Below, in pieces: positions 36,441 to 50,587 of a stretch of 64,000 nucleotides of DNA. Position numbers and translations under genes: made by a program. Source of the stretch: Eledone cirrhosa (lineage: Eukaryota); contig OZ024744.1 in the NCBI GenBank assembly GCA_964016885.1, positions 61,380,001-61,444,000 of the forward strand, given 5' to 3'. Under the pieces are notes generated by a model, which did not search any database, was not told the DNA's origin, and was given only the letters and a program-made list of their open reading frames with translations. Within the stretch, counting starts at the first letter, position 1, and each line of letters starts with the position of its first letter.

Positions 36441-36999
36441 ATATATATATATATATCTTATTTCATAAATGCTTTCTTTTCCTAAAATGTTCACCTCGAT
36501 GCCCTAATGATACACACTCTCTCTCCCCTCTCTCTAACTTTGATTGCTTGGTTCCCCACTTCTCTCTCTCTATCATAATCAGGATTTTCTTACACCCTCG
36601 TGCACACTACCATCATCATCACATTTCATCCTTGAAAAGTAACAACTTGGTTAGTGACAGATGATTTTTACAGGAGAAATGAATAAGAATAAGTTAACAT
36701 ATTTCAATCATATATTATATCTTTGTTTTTTTGCCTTGCCTAAAATGTTTGCCTTCATGATATGCTTCACCTCACTGCATTCCACCCCACCCCACCCCGA
36801 CCCCCTTTACCCCCTTCCAGTCTGTTGCTTTTCAGACATACACTCTCACATTACTAACGATGATTCACTACTGTGTGGACCCTAATTACGCTTAAAAAGG
36901 CCAACAAAGGATTCTTAAGCTGCATGAGTTGGCACCTAGTATAGACAAGTGTCTAGAAGAGCAGTTACTCTGAGTAAAATAAGATTAGAGGGGGCATAT

Positions 37000-38125
37000 A
37001 TGGAGCTTTGTAAACCTTTGAGAAGGCAGACCGTCTAGGATGAGAGAAACTTGGATTAAAAACAACTGCATAGGGTAGACATGGTCCCTGTAGCTGTAGA
37101 TGAAGGAAACCATCTAGGAGGGCAGTGACTGTGATTAAAATAAACTGCTTGGGGAAGAACCACTTGAAACAAATGTCAAACCAAGCTACACTGTATAGAG
37201 AAACAGTGGTGAACAATATGTGGAATGATCCAAAGAGTTTCTTCAAAATTGTAAAATTTGTCATGCAGCATCAGACATTGAGGCTAACACCCATCAATGA
37301 TTTGGCTTGCAACAAAGAAGGATGACACCCTTAGGAATTATAAGGAAGATTTCAGCATGCTGCTAAACCAGCAAAACAACACCAACCATTAGAGATAGTC
37401 CCAGGAAGAGGTTCTAATAGAATTGGAAGATAGCTGAAGAGCTCTCAAAAGCTCTTAAACAGCTCTCATGCAACAAAGCTCTTGAATGAGACTGCATCCA
37501 GCAAGAAGTCCTAAAAGCAGGTGGCTATGATCTTGAAGAAGAACTGCTGAAACTTCTCCATTCTATTTGGCATGAAGAACAAGTGCCACAATATTCAAGG
37601 ATGGAGACATTATTACTCTTTATAAAAAGAATTGTTGCCTCACTTGTAGGAACCACTGGGGCAGCCATCACAGGGAAACTCTTCATGAAGATTATCTTGA
37701 ACCAAATCTGGCTGACTATTGAGAAATTCCTTCCAAAAGCACTGTGCAGTTTCAAGGGAAACAAGTTCACCAATAATATGATGTATGTCTTAAGGCAGCT
37801 TCTTGAAAAGTGCTGTGAACAACACCAAGAATTGCACATCATCTTTGTGGACCTAGTAAAAGCCTTTGACACAGTGAACAGAAACACCATGTGGCACCTT
37901 CTACTCAAAATTGGAATATCTCCCCAAGTTGGTCTATATCATCCGCAATGAGTTCACAGAGGAATTTGAAGTGTCAACTGGTCTTTGCCAAGGTTGCATT
38001 CTTGCACCAACACTGTTTGTGTTATTTTTTACCTTTGTTTGGCACCATGCACACAAAACCATGCCAATATTTGGCATTGATGAGCATTACAAGCTTGATA
38101 GCAACCTCTTATGTTCTTTGCTAGC
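37000..38125 (+). mobile_element. Degenerate RTE-clade RT fragment
   Basis: LRQLLEKCCEQHQELHIIFVDLVKAFDTVNR and TGLCQGCILAPTLF. Confidence 0.8.
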
Positions 38126-38129
38126 CTGC

Positions 38130-39400
38130 CTGTGATTGTTAATCCTAATACCGCTGACTGCTCCTCTATACATGGCTTATAATGCCCTCACAAGCCACTC
38201 ATCTATTTCTAATGTTCTAAGATCCCACCAGATAATGGAACAGGGTCTCTGTCAAAAGCTTTCCCCAGACCAACAAATGCCAAGTAGAAAGGTTTACCTT
38301 TAGCTAGGAACTTCTCCTGCAGTTTCCTCATAGGTAAGAAGGCATCTGTGGTACCTTTGTAGCAGTAATTTGATACTCCCTTCAATAGAGTTTCATTTGC
38401 ACCATCAAGCGGTCACCAAAAAGTTAACCTTCCATGTCAATCGTTTTGACATGGAAATCACCATCTGTATATTCTCGTGTTCTGGAGGCAGAATGAGCAA
38501 TACTATTAAATAGCCAGCTTGCAGTGTCAAAGTAAGGAGTTGCAGAAATGATTTCGACCAGTTAAGATGTAGTAAAAAAAAATCTCACACAGATCGCTGT
38601 CAGTCTCTCTCTCTATTTCTCTCTTTTGGTTTCTCTCACTGCCAGAAAACGGCTATCATTACAGAAGTCTGGTAAATACTATCTTTTGAATCATTGCACT
38701 AATGCACATATCACAATAGCATGAGCCTTGATTTCATAACATTGTCAACAATGGCCTTGTAGCAGGCTATTCACTTAATAAATATATTATTTTAGTAGTG
38801 ATCATGTTTTATTTGTTCATTCATCTGCATTTCACAGAGTGTTTATCTATGGGACAATTTACCTTTCCCTAATCACCCATAAAGCCAACAATACAAACTA
38901 CTACAACCTCCGCTGCACTCAAATGAATAACAACAAACTCAAACCAATTCTTTTTATTGCTACAACCCCAAAACACATATTAACTACAATCTATTTGCTA
39001 CACCTTTACCTAGCACAAATCCAAACTGCATCTCACCCAGATTAACTCGATCCCTAATTAGCTGTGCTCTAACTCTTCATGTGACCTTCATAACCTGGTC
39101 AACCAACTTAACACCTCTTTAGTTTTCTCTCTCTAGTACATCACCTTTACCCTTGTAGCAGTTGACAGTGATGCTGCTGCTACACCAGTCATTCGGTATG
39201 TCCCTATTTTGTATTACTTGGTTTACAATATGTATGGCTATGGAGTGACCCACTATCCTAGATGCTTTCAGCATCTCAGCAATTATCCCCAAAGGTCCAG
39301 CTGCCTTGCCTGACTTCATATCATTGATTGCCTTACTATACTACGGCTGACTTGTACAGCTGGTCTTTCTATTGGGTCAACTTGGGGCAAACTATCTTCT
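38130..39400 (-). mobile_element. Degenerate RTE-clade RT fragments in two pieces (38130-38360 and about 39000-39400)
   Basis: MKSGKAAGPLGIIAEMLK..IPNDW..YKGKGD, LDEMQFGF and LQEKFLAKGKPFYLAFVGLGKAFDR. Confidence 0.75.
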
Positions 39401-39976
39401 TCCCATGCATTCTCCTCATTCAGTAGTTTTTCATAGTGGCACTTCCATGCTACCTTCTTTTCAGCATAATGAAGGCAAGTACACCATTATCATCTCGAAT
39501 ACACTTCTCCCTGTCAACATCACAATTTTCCCTCTCACACACATACACACATGATCGTATTTTAAGGAGTGAATTATGAATTCTGAAGTTATGTTAGCTC
39601 AAAGTTATCTGCTTCAAGGGATTTTTTATTATTATGAAAACAGACAAACCAATTGGGGTTATAAGCCATTAGACAGAAAAAGTGGACAGCATCATCTGTG
39701 GATCATGCTCAACTCTCCTTACACATACTGCCAATAGATAAGGCTTAAAATAATGGGGACATTTTTCAGCCCACATTGGTGTAATTGATAGAGCATAAGG
39801 CAGGTGTGAGTTCATGTCCCACTGGTGATGCTATCCAATTTTCCCCTCTCTAGAGGCTTAATTGCCCAACTTGTTTCACTATTTTTCATAGTAAAAATAT
39901 CTGCCAGAACCTGATTTTCCATATGAAATGTCAGATGTTGTCAAGTCATGTCATGTATTTATCTCCTGCATTGAAC

Positions 39977-40512
39977 TCAAAAAAGCACCCAGCCCACATT
40001 GTAACATGGTTGTGTTGGTGTCATGAAAGAAAGCATCCAGCCCACACTGTAAATTTGTAGTGTAGGTCTCACGACAAAAAGAGCCCTGCCCACACTGTAA
40101 AGTGGTCTTGTAGGTGCCATGACAAAAAGCGCCCAGCCCACACTGTAAAGCGGTTGTGTAGGTGTCATGACAAAAAGCATCCAGTCCACACTGTAAAGTG
40201 ATTGTGTAGGTGTGTCACGACAAAAAGTACCCAGCACACATTGTAGAGTGGTCGTGTAGGTGTCATGACAAAAAGTACCCAGTAGATACTGTAAATGTGG
40301 TTGGCGTTAGGAAGAATATACAGCTGTAGAAACCAAACCCAAATCGGTTCTGTACGAACAAGACATGGTCACCTGACATGACCTATCTCATAACAGGACA
40401 ACTCATCTAATACATGCTAGCATGGAAAAAAAACGGACGTAAAACGGTGATGATGGTGATGATGGTGGTGATGACGATGATGATGATAATGATGATGATG
40501 ATGATGATGATA
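39977..40512 (+). mobile_element. RTE-3'-UTR-type repeat with about seven tandem ~47-bp subunits and a (GAT)n tail
   Basis: The unit AAAAGCACCCAGCCCACACTGTAAAGTGGTYGTGTAGGTGTCATGAC is repeated, followed by the core and the tail. Confidence 0.7.
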
Positions 40513-41460
40513 TATATACGTGTGTGTATCTGTAATATTCTTTTAGTATATAATTGATATTAATAATTAAACTGTGGCCATGCCAAGGCATTCACTGCGA
40601 GAGTTTTTAATTGGTTATATTCTAAATACGTATTTCAGTCTGGTACTTAACTTAGCTATATCTGAAACGAATGGCTTAAGATCAAAGGGAGATAACTTCG
40701 TCACAGATCACACATGCACACAGTGAGCCAAACAGGATACCTTTACGCGATCGTTGGACCTGCTGGAAATAGTAACCATCTAACCGTATTAAATAAGAAG
40801 ACACATTCAATAATTCAATTTGCCCATCTACTGATGTTCTGTTTAAACTGTTGCAAGTAAACAATGAGCTGGGACAGTTCTAGAGGGCTGCAGAGAACCA
40901 TAAGCACACCACCCCTGCCTCTCTTGAAGTTTTCTCATTTGCCCAGAGCATCAATAATTCCAGTTAAAAGATATATGTATATATATATAGAGAGAGAGAG
41001 GGGGAGAGAAAGAGCCATATATAATTTAAGAAACATAGTATTTTGTACATATATAAAGCACATAATATTTAGGAAAAAATACATACTTCAATGAGGAAAA
41101 GTTCTTCTTTCCTTATGGTACCATTTCATTATTTGTAAACCATAACTAAAATCGATCTAAGCAATTGATCCAACTATTGATTTTGGTAAATCTACAGGAA
41201 ACGTGAATCAATCATCAGAGGAATTACATCTTTGGATAAATTCCAATAGAGTATAGAGTACAAAATACTTTTATATCTGTCAGGATCCAAGAGTTAGGCT
41301 ATCACCATAGGCAGCATAGTGTAAGAACATTTTAACTGAGGTGGCAGATATAAACAGGACTGGACATCATATCTGCTAGAAGAGGTGCGAAGTACTAATC
41401 ACAATATAAGCATATTATATATGTTGTGATACCTTAAATTAGTATATAACTGCCACTGTT

Positions 41461-41878
41461 CAAGCACAGAAAATAACTGCAATTACAGTCAGTTGCTATA
41501 AAATAGCTTATAAAAATCGGGTAACACCCTTAGAGAAGTTAAAATGTTGCCAGTGGCTACCATGAATTATCAAATTCTGTATGTCTCAGATACCAGCTGA
41601 GTGCTATCACCATTGAGCTCAGGGACTTCTGACAACATCAAACAGCTTTTGAAAATGTAAACAAATGTCATGTGTTAAGCTCTAATTTTCAAACTTACGA
41701 AGATGCAGGGTGTTGTCAGAGGTCCCTTCGCCCAGTGGCATCAGCACCCAGCTTGTATCTGGCTTGATTCTTCATAGTGGCCATTGGCAACATTGTTTTG
41801 TCTCTAAGGGTCTTTACCTGACTTTTATAAGCTATTTTATAACAACTGACTGTAATTGCAATTATTTTCTGTACTTGG
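41461..41878. repeat. Long imperfect inverted repeat (MITE or fold-back like)
   Basis: 41461-41639 is the reverse complement of about 41710-41878, for example TTGCTATAAAATAGCTTATAAAA against TTTTATAAGCTATTTTATAACAA. Confidence 0.8.
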
Positions 41879-41907
41879 GTATCCTACATCTTCTTATAAA
41901 CATATAT

Positions 41908-42205
41908 ATCATCATCATTTAATGTCTATTTTTCTATGCTTACATGAGCTAGAGGGGTTGTCAGGCCAGGTGACCATGTCTTGCTTATTCAGATCTGTAA
42001 TTTGGCTTGGCTTTTACAGCTGGATGCCCTTCATAATGCCAACCACATTACAATGTGGCGCAGGTGCTTTTAATTGTGGTACCAAAACAACCTTCTAACA
42101 GGGTGGACTGTGTGCTTTTTCATTGTGTCACCAACACAACCACCTTGCAAGGTGGATCGGGTGCTTTTTTGTTATGTCACCAACACAACTACTATACAGG
42201 GTGGA
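41908..42205 (-). mobile_element. RTE-3'-UTR-type repeat
   Basis: (CAT)n tail plus the TACAGCTGGATGCCCTTC core. Confidence 0.6.
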
Positions 42206-42358
42206 CTTAGAGATTTTTTGTTGAGGAAGGTCAGGGCTGGGGCGCAGTACCAAGTCCGCAATTTGGTCATGGACAAGGTGTGTGAGATATTTATCTGGTA
42301 GGAGGGGAGTATTAAGCCTAGGAAGGGTGAATTGTGAAGGGGTTGGGAGATGATTGGT

Positions 42359-42720
42359 GCAGACCAGTGTCCTCTACATAATAGCCAGAGTGAGAATGGA
42401 TTGGAAAAAGTTCAGGGAGTTACTACCACTGCTAGCTACAAACATGTAGAGGACACTGGTCTGCTAATTTGGTCACCCAAATAACAGAAGCTATTAACTC
42501 CTTCTATGGAACTCTCTGAGCAGTTAATGGAACTCGTTTCCTGTGAGCACTTGCTGCCTACTGCTCCTGTGTATCGACCACATATGAAGTCTAAGTTTTA
42601 TGTTTGTCTGCCTGAGATTCCACTATATCTCTTGTGTACCCATAGTTTGCAATTGAGATATTGGATGGAATTACTCCCCACTACTTTCTTGCACACTGAG
42701 CAAGGCCATTTCTCTGAAGG
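42359..42720 (-). mobile_element. Rearranged RTE fragment with an internal inversion
   Basis: The minus strand reads KWPCSVCKKVVGSNSIQ..CKLWVHKR and SFCYLGDQIS. The plus strand reads IARVRMDWKKFRELLPLL. Confidence 0.65.
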
Positions 42721-43859
42721 GTAAATTAAATAAAAGTGTCAAAGGTAAATATAAGTGTTAAGTGAATGACCAAAGAACTTGCTGGGATCAAAACATTTAT
42801 TATTTTAGATATGTTTCATTAATGAGAAAATTAGGATCGATAATGGAAACATAATGTTTACACATTGCTGAATTTCCATCAAACTCATCAGGAATTAAAA
42901 AAATGAATGAATGAAAATGTTCCATAGAATTGAGAATAAAAGAGTATAATTATTATCAAACAGAAGATACAATCATATTTATACCCATTGATTATATCTC
43001 CAAGGCTTTTATACACAAAAATATGATGGAATGAGTTTATGTTTGAAAAAGACAAAAATACTTTAAAACAAATGGTTTATAAAACCAGAGGTAGTTTCAC
43101 CATTTTGCATTTACATGTCTAGCACTATGATACCATAGCACAATAGCATGCTAATACTATAACGCAGTAAGACAAATTTTCTACTGCTTACTGTGCTCAG
43201 TATTAAACACCAAGGCATCTTTGCATGCACAAGCATGTTTCTGTGTGGCTTATACTTGTAACATGGCTCTATATCTTTCTGTTTTACTGTAATGAGAGAA
43301 GACAAGGTGTCAATCATTTATTTAGCTTAATTAAATTGAACTCTTTTTTTCAGTAGCATTAGAGTGTAGAGTTATAAGTAAAACCTCTACAATTTTAGAC
43401 AGATACTTAAATCTTTTCCCATCACCAAAGATTGTAAATAATCCTATAAAACATCAATTCTATTATACTTTACATCATAATCATTCATATTTCTTGTTAT
43501 TTACTTCAGTGGGCATGCCTACAAAGTCTGAAAACAACACAGCTCCCATGGGTTTTGGAAACATTTTTTCACACTCAGAGTTGCATCAGTTGTTAGCTGC
43601 CGAGACACTGCATCCTTTCAAACCTCCATGCTTCCTGAAATTTGCCAACACTACACCTGATACCCCCCCCCCCCTCCATACACATGCACGCATGTATATC
43701 ATGACTCATACATTGTTTACTTTCCTTTATACCTTTGATGAGTTGTAATGCACATGAGCACTGTACACAATAATTTCATCATTATTATTATTATTCAGAA
43801 ACTAATGCTTCACACCAAACATTGTAGGGAATTAAGTTATATGGCAATATTTGATAGTC

Positions 43860-44480
43860 TAGAAATTCATTGTGAAGCTTTTCAACTTTATTGGCTAAAC
43901 TAAAATGAGTAAAAAAATTACTGTACCTATCAACAAAATATGAAACCTGGGAAAATTGAGCTTTCACTCTTTGTGTAAAATTAATAAAGGATATATTCCT
44001 TAGGAACTCACCAATGGGTATTTTTTTTAAGAGACTTTGTTACAGTGTTTATGTAAAATACATAAACAGCTTGATAAAATTTATATTTACACAAATCTGA
44101 AATATTTCCTTCATTCAATAATCTGTCCATTGTGGATTTAGTTGTAATCTCAATGAAGACGTTCATACAACTGAGATAGTTTTCTGTATTTTTTACATTA
44201 TCTTCTTTCAGACAAGACAATCTGTAGCAATAATTTGATGCTCTTTTCAACTGTTGCTTTTACACTATCAAATCAGCCACGAAGAAGCTGACCTCCGTGG
44301 CCTCTTAGATAAGTTCACATTGTGAATGGTTTTTGAGTTGCCAATATGTTTGAGTTTTTGACATATTAAACAGCCATCTGCTTGTTCTCAAATCTTGGAG
44401 ACAAAGGAAGTGGTATTCATAAATAGCCAGCTCTCTGAGTCAAAGACATTCAGTCGCAGAGTTGAATTCTAAGAGTTAAC
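43860..44480 (-). mobile_element. Possible degenerate hAT-like transposase fragment
   Basis: TTKSTMDRLLNEGNISDLCKYKFYQAVYVFY..SLKK resembles the C-terminal part of hAT-like transposases. The match is weak and no TIRs were found. Confidence 0.3.
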
Positions 44481-46342
44481 ATGTACTCTCTCTCTCTCAC
44501 TCTCTCTCTCTCTCTCTCTCCCTCTCTCTGTGTGCCAAGCCAGCAAAATTCATCACATCAACAGAAGTTTGATAAATACATTTTTAATAATATCTTTGCA
44601 AGCAAACACACATACACATCATCCTGATACATAACATCACACAACTCAACTGTGGTTATTTGTTCTTCGGTATTATCATATAACTTCACCAAAAGTTATA
44701 TTTAATAAATTAGTAACTTAGCGGCTTGGTGTTATCATGGCTTATATATATTTCATTTCCTAAGTCTCAACCTGGTTGACACATTCACCAGAATATTTCT
44801 ATACTCTGTATCACAAAAGCAACAAAGCTCCTCTAACAGCCCTTTTTGTTTTGAAATCTTATAAAAAAGGTTAAATAAATCAATTTAAAAGTCTTCTATA
44901 TCGAAACAACATTTATCTCTAAATTTGGTTGAAGTAAAGGAAGCAATGTTATGTACAAGATGGCAATGGCATCCCATGAAACAAACAAGTATTGTTTATA
45001 TTGTAAACTATAGATAACAGTTTATATTGTAAACTATAGATAACTGTTTATATTGTGAACTATAGATAACTGTTTATATTGTAAACTATAGAGAACTGTT
45101 TATATTGTAAACTATAGATAACTGTTTATATTGTAAACTGTTGATAACTGTTTATATTGTAAACTATAGAGAACTGTTTATATTGTAAACTATAGATAAC
45201 AGTTTATATTGTAAACTATAGATAACTGTTTATATTGTAAACTATAGATAACTGTTTATATTGTAAACTATAGAGAACTGTTTATATTGTAAACTATAGA
45301 TAACTGTTTATATTGTAAACTATAGAGAACTGTTTATATTGTAAACTATAGATAACTGTTTATATTGTAAACTATAGATAACTGTTTATATTGTAAACTA
45401 TAGATAACTGTTTATATTGTAAACTATAGATAACTGTTTATATTGTAAACTATAGAGAACTGTTTATATTGTAAACTATAGAGAACTGTTTATATTGTAA
45501 ACTATAGATAACTGTTTATATTGTAAACTATAGATAACTGTTTATATTGTAAACTATAGATAACTGTTTATATTGTAAACTATAGATACCTGTTTATATT
45601 GTAAACTATAGATACCTGTTTATATTGTAAACTATAGATAACAGTTTATATTGTAAACTATAGATAACTGTTTATATTGTAAACTATAGATAACTGTTTA
45701 TATTGTGAAGTATAGATAACTGTTTATATTGTAAACTATAGATAACTGTTTATATTGTAAACTATAGAGAACTGTTTATATTGTAAACTATAGATAACTG
45801 TTTATATTGTAAACTATAGATAACTGTTTATATTGTAAACTATAGATAACTGTTTATATTGTAAACTATAGATAACTGTTTATATTGTAAACTATAGATA
45901 CCTGTTTATATTGTAAACTATAGATAACTGTTTATATTGTAAACTATAGATAACAGTTTCTATTGTAAACTATAGATAACTGTTTATATTGTAAACTATA
46001 GATAACTGTTTATATTGTGAAGTATAGATAACTGTTTATATTGTAAACTATAGATAACTGTTTATATTGTAAACTATAGATAACTGTTTATATTGTAAAC
46101 TATAGATAACTGTTTATATTGTAAACTATAGATAACAGTTTATATTGTAAACTATAGATAACTGTTTATATTGTAAACTATAGATAACTGTTTATATTGT
46201 GAAGTATAGATAACTGTTTATATCGTAAACTATAGATACCTGTTTATATTGTAAACTATAGAGAACTGTTTATATTGTAAACTATAGATAACTGTTTATA
46301 TTGTGAAGTATAGATAACTGTTTATATTGTAAACTATAGATA

Positions 46343-48070
46343 TGTTTCTTTTATTTGCCACTAGGGCATCAAAAGTGGGACAAGTACAAAGGGGGGAGTT
46401 TACACAAAAAGGCGTCCTCAATAAGGAGGAGGCAATAACAAAATATAAAAATAAAATAAGATATAACAAAAAATAAAATTTTTAACAAAATCCTCAATAG
46501 AGAGGAGGCGCCTTGGGGGGTCGCACACCCCCCCGAAAAAAGTGTGCAACACTTCTCCTCAGGAGCACAGAGAAGGGGTGCTCCCTTGGTCTTTCATCTT
46601 CCTCACCTATAGTCTGATGTAGAGTGAAGGCCCATTCACACGGGCCATTCTCGCCACTTTCACCCATCTTTCATAGAAACGGCTGGGGTGCAGCACCTCT
46701 CTCTCCATCCTGATCCTTCTTCCGAAATGATATCGGAAGAAACGGACCAGTTGTTGGCCAGAGAGAAAGGTGCCTGACCTCAGTCCTTTCAGACGCGTCC
46801 ACCATACAACCTCTTTCGCCATGGCTATTACGCACAGAAACACCGCCTCTGCTTCATCTTTGAAGGGGGGAGGCGGCTTGATCATTACAATAGACTCGGT
46901 GGTCAACCGGATCGGTCCCACCCTTGACAGCAGTTGTTCGACATAGCCCCACAGATAGGCTACGCTCGAGCAGTGTACCAATGCGTGTGCAACGGTTTCC
47001 TCGTCGCACACGCATCTGGGACAGATCTTTTTGGCGGGGTCCCTACCCGGGCGCCCGTGTCTGTAGAGCCTTTCTCGAACGGGTAAAGCCCCTCGGTAGC
47101 ACTGCCAGGCCAGGGACTTCTGGAAGTTGTCCATAGGTCCCGGGCTGAATGTCCTACCGAACAGGCTGGCCAGTTCGTCCTCCTCCATGTCTAGGGCTTC
47201 TCCGAGGGCGTCGTCGCACCTGCTGCGTACCAGCCCTCTATAGAATGTTGCGGTGGAGTCTCCACTGATAACCGGATCCGCCTGCCAGAGGGCGGTGAGC
47301 GCCTGGGCACACTCAGTGTGCCAGGCGCCCAGTTTTCTCGGTCTTTGCTTGACCCAGGATTGCAGCTCGGTGAGTGAGACGAGTCTGGGAAAGGTTCGTC
47401 TCACAAACGAGGCCCACACCGGTTGTCCGGTGAGGAATACGTAGAGGTGCCGTAGCCTTAATGCGTGTTTACGCATCATTAGCCACGGCATCCCCAGCCC
47501 TCCTTTCGAAGGGTGTTGACAGAAGATGGATCTCCTCACCATAGGAGCCCGCCTCTTCCAAAGGAATTGGAAGAGCGCGCGCTCCATCTTGGTGAGGGTT
47601 TCCCTTGGGCAGGGCACTACGGTCAGGCGGTAGTAGATGACGGACGCTATGTAGGTGTTCGCCACCTCCGCCCGACCTTTCAGGGATAGTTTGCAACTGG
47701 CCCACTTCTGGGTCAGTGCAAACACCCTGTTCGTAACCTCCGCCCAGTTTTTCTCCACCTGGAGGTCCGGTCCGAACCAGACCCCGAGCAACTTCACCGG
47801 GCCCTCCGTCCAGCGTCCGACGACGCCATCGGAGGGCATCGGTCTGCCCCTCCACGTGCCGAGTTGCAAACCGATCGACTTGTCCCGGTTCAGCTTAGCC
47901 CCTGTGAACTTTTCGTACTCCTCCAGTAAGGTGCCGACCGCCTCGATTTCGGAGGCCGTCGACACCATTACTGTCACGTCATCGGCGTAGGCCGACACCG
48001 CTTTCCGCAATCCCGGTTCCAAAGGGATGCCCTGCAACAACTCCAACTTCCGCAGTAGTGGCTCGAGAGT
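46343..48070 (-). mobile_element. 5'-truncated Tx1-like LINE (second family), copy 1, inside the satellite
   Basis: Uninterrupted ORF2 C-terminal half (46607-48046): SAYADDVT, KLLGVWFG, GGLGMP, CPRC..ETVAHALVHC. The 3' end is AATAAAAGAAACA. Confidence 0.93.
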
Positions 48071-50587
48071 TTATATTGTAAACTATAGAGAACTGTTTAT
48101 ATTGTAAACTATAGATAACTGTTTATATTGTAAACTATAGATAACTGTTTATATTGTAAACTATAGATAACTGTTTATATTGTAAACTATAGATAACTGT
48201 TTATATTGTAAACTATAGATAACTGTTTATATTGTGAAGTATAGATAACTGTTTATATTGTAAACTATAGAGAACTGTTTATATTGTAAACTATAGAGAA
48301 CTGTTTATATTGTAAACTATAGATAACTGTTTATATTGTAAACTATAGATAACTGTTTATATTGTAAACTATAGATACCTGTTTATATTGTAAACTATAG
48401 ATACCTGTTTATATTGTAAACTATAGATAACAGTTTATATTGTAAACTATAGATAACTGTTTATATTGTAAACTATAGATAACTGTTTATATTGTGAAGT
48501 ATAGATAACTGTTTATATTGTAAACTATAGATAACTGTTTATATTGTAAACTATAGAGAACTGTTTATATTGTAAACTATAGATAACTGTTTATATTGTA
48601 AACTATAGATAACTGTTTATATTGTAAACTATAGATAACTGTTTATATTGTAAACTATAGATAACTGTTTATATTGTAAACTATAGATACCTGTTTATAT
48701 TGTAAACTATAGATAACTGTTTATATTGTAAACTATAGATAACAGTTTCTATTGTAAACTATAGATAACTGTTTATATTGTAAAATATAGATAACTGTTT
48801 ATATTGTGAAGTATAGATAACTGTTTATATTGTAAACTATAGATAACTGTTTATATTGTAAACTATAGATAACTGTTTATATTGTAAACTATAGATAACT
48901 GTTTATATTGTAAACTATAGATAACAGTTTATATTGTAAACTATAGATAACTGTTTATATTGTAAACTATAGATAACTGTTTATATTGTGAAGTATAGAT
49001 AACTGTTTATATTGTAAACTATAGATACCTGTTTATATTGTAAACTATAGATAACTGTTTATATTGTAAACTATAGATAACTGTTTATATTGTAAACTAT
49101 AGATAACAGTTTATATTGTAAACTATAGAGAACTGTTTATATTGTAAACTATAGATAACTGTTTATATTGTAAACTATAGAGAACTGTTTATATTGTAAA
49201 CTATAGATAACAGTTTATATTGTAAACAATAGATAACTGTTTATATTGTAAACTATAGATAACTGTTTATATTGTAAACTATAGAGAACTGTTTATATTG
49301 TATACTATAGATAACTGTTTATATTGTAAACTATAGAGAACTGTTTATATTGTAAACTATAGATAACTGTTTATATTGTAAACTATAGATAACTGTTTAT
49401 ATTGTAAACTATAGATAACTGTTTATATTGTAAACTATAGATAACTGTTTATATTGTAAACTATAGAGAACTGTTTATATTGTAAACTATAGAGAACTGT
49501 TTATATTGTAAACTATAGAGAACTGTTTATATTGTAAACTATAGATAACTGTTTATATTGTAAACTATAGATAACTGTTTATATTGTAAACTATAGATAA
49601 CTGTTTATATTGTAAACTATAGATACCTGTTTATATTGTAAACTATAGATAACTGTTTATATTGTAAACTATAGATAACTGTTTATATTGTAAACTATAG
49701 ATAACTGTTTATATCGTGAAGTATAGATAACTGTTTATATTGTAAACTATAGATAACTGTTTATATTGTAAACTATAGAGAACTGTTTATATTGTAAACT
49801 ATAGATAACTGTTTATATTGTAAACTATAGATAACTGTTTATATTGTAAACTATAGATACCTGTTTATATTGTAAACTATAGATAACAGTTTATATTGTA
49901 AACTATAGATAACTGTTTATATTGTAAACTATAGATAACTGTTTATATTGTGAAGTATAGATAACTGTTTATATTGTAAACTATAGATAACTGTTTATAT
50001 TGTAAACTATAGAGAACTGTTTATATTGTAAACTATAGATAACTGTTTATATTGTAAACTATAGATAACTGTTTATATTGTAAACTATAGATAACTGTTT
50101 ATATTGTAAACTATAGATAACTGTTTATATTGTAAACTATAGATACCTGTTTATATTGTAAACTATAGATAACTGTTTATATTGTAAACTATAGATAACA
50201 GTTTCTATTATAAACTATAGATAACTGTTTATATTGTAAACTATAGATAATTGTTTATATTGTGAAGTATAGATAACTGTTTATATTGTAAACTATAGAT
50301 AACTGTTTATATTGTAAACTATAGATAACTGTTTATATTGTAAACTATAGATAACTGTTTATATTGTAAACTATAGATAACAGTTTATATTGTAAACTAT
50401 AGATAACTGTTTATATTGTAAACTATAGATAACTGTTTATATTGTGAAGTATAGATAACTGTTTATATCGTAAACTATAGATACCTGTTTATATTGTAAA
50501 CTATAGAGAACTGTTTATATTGTAAACTATAGATAACTGTTTATATTGTGAAGTATAGATAACTGTTTATATTGTAAACTATAGATA

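Noticed and set aside
39977-40300. CRISPR-like repeat-spacer pattern in the ~47-bp units
   Set aside because: Whole units are homologous tandem copies within a retroposon 3' UTR, with no unique spacers.
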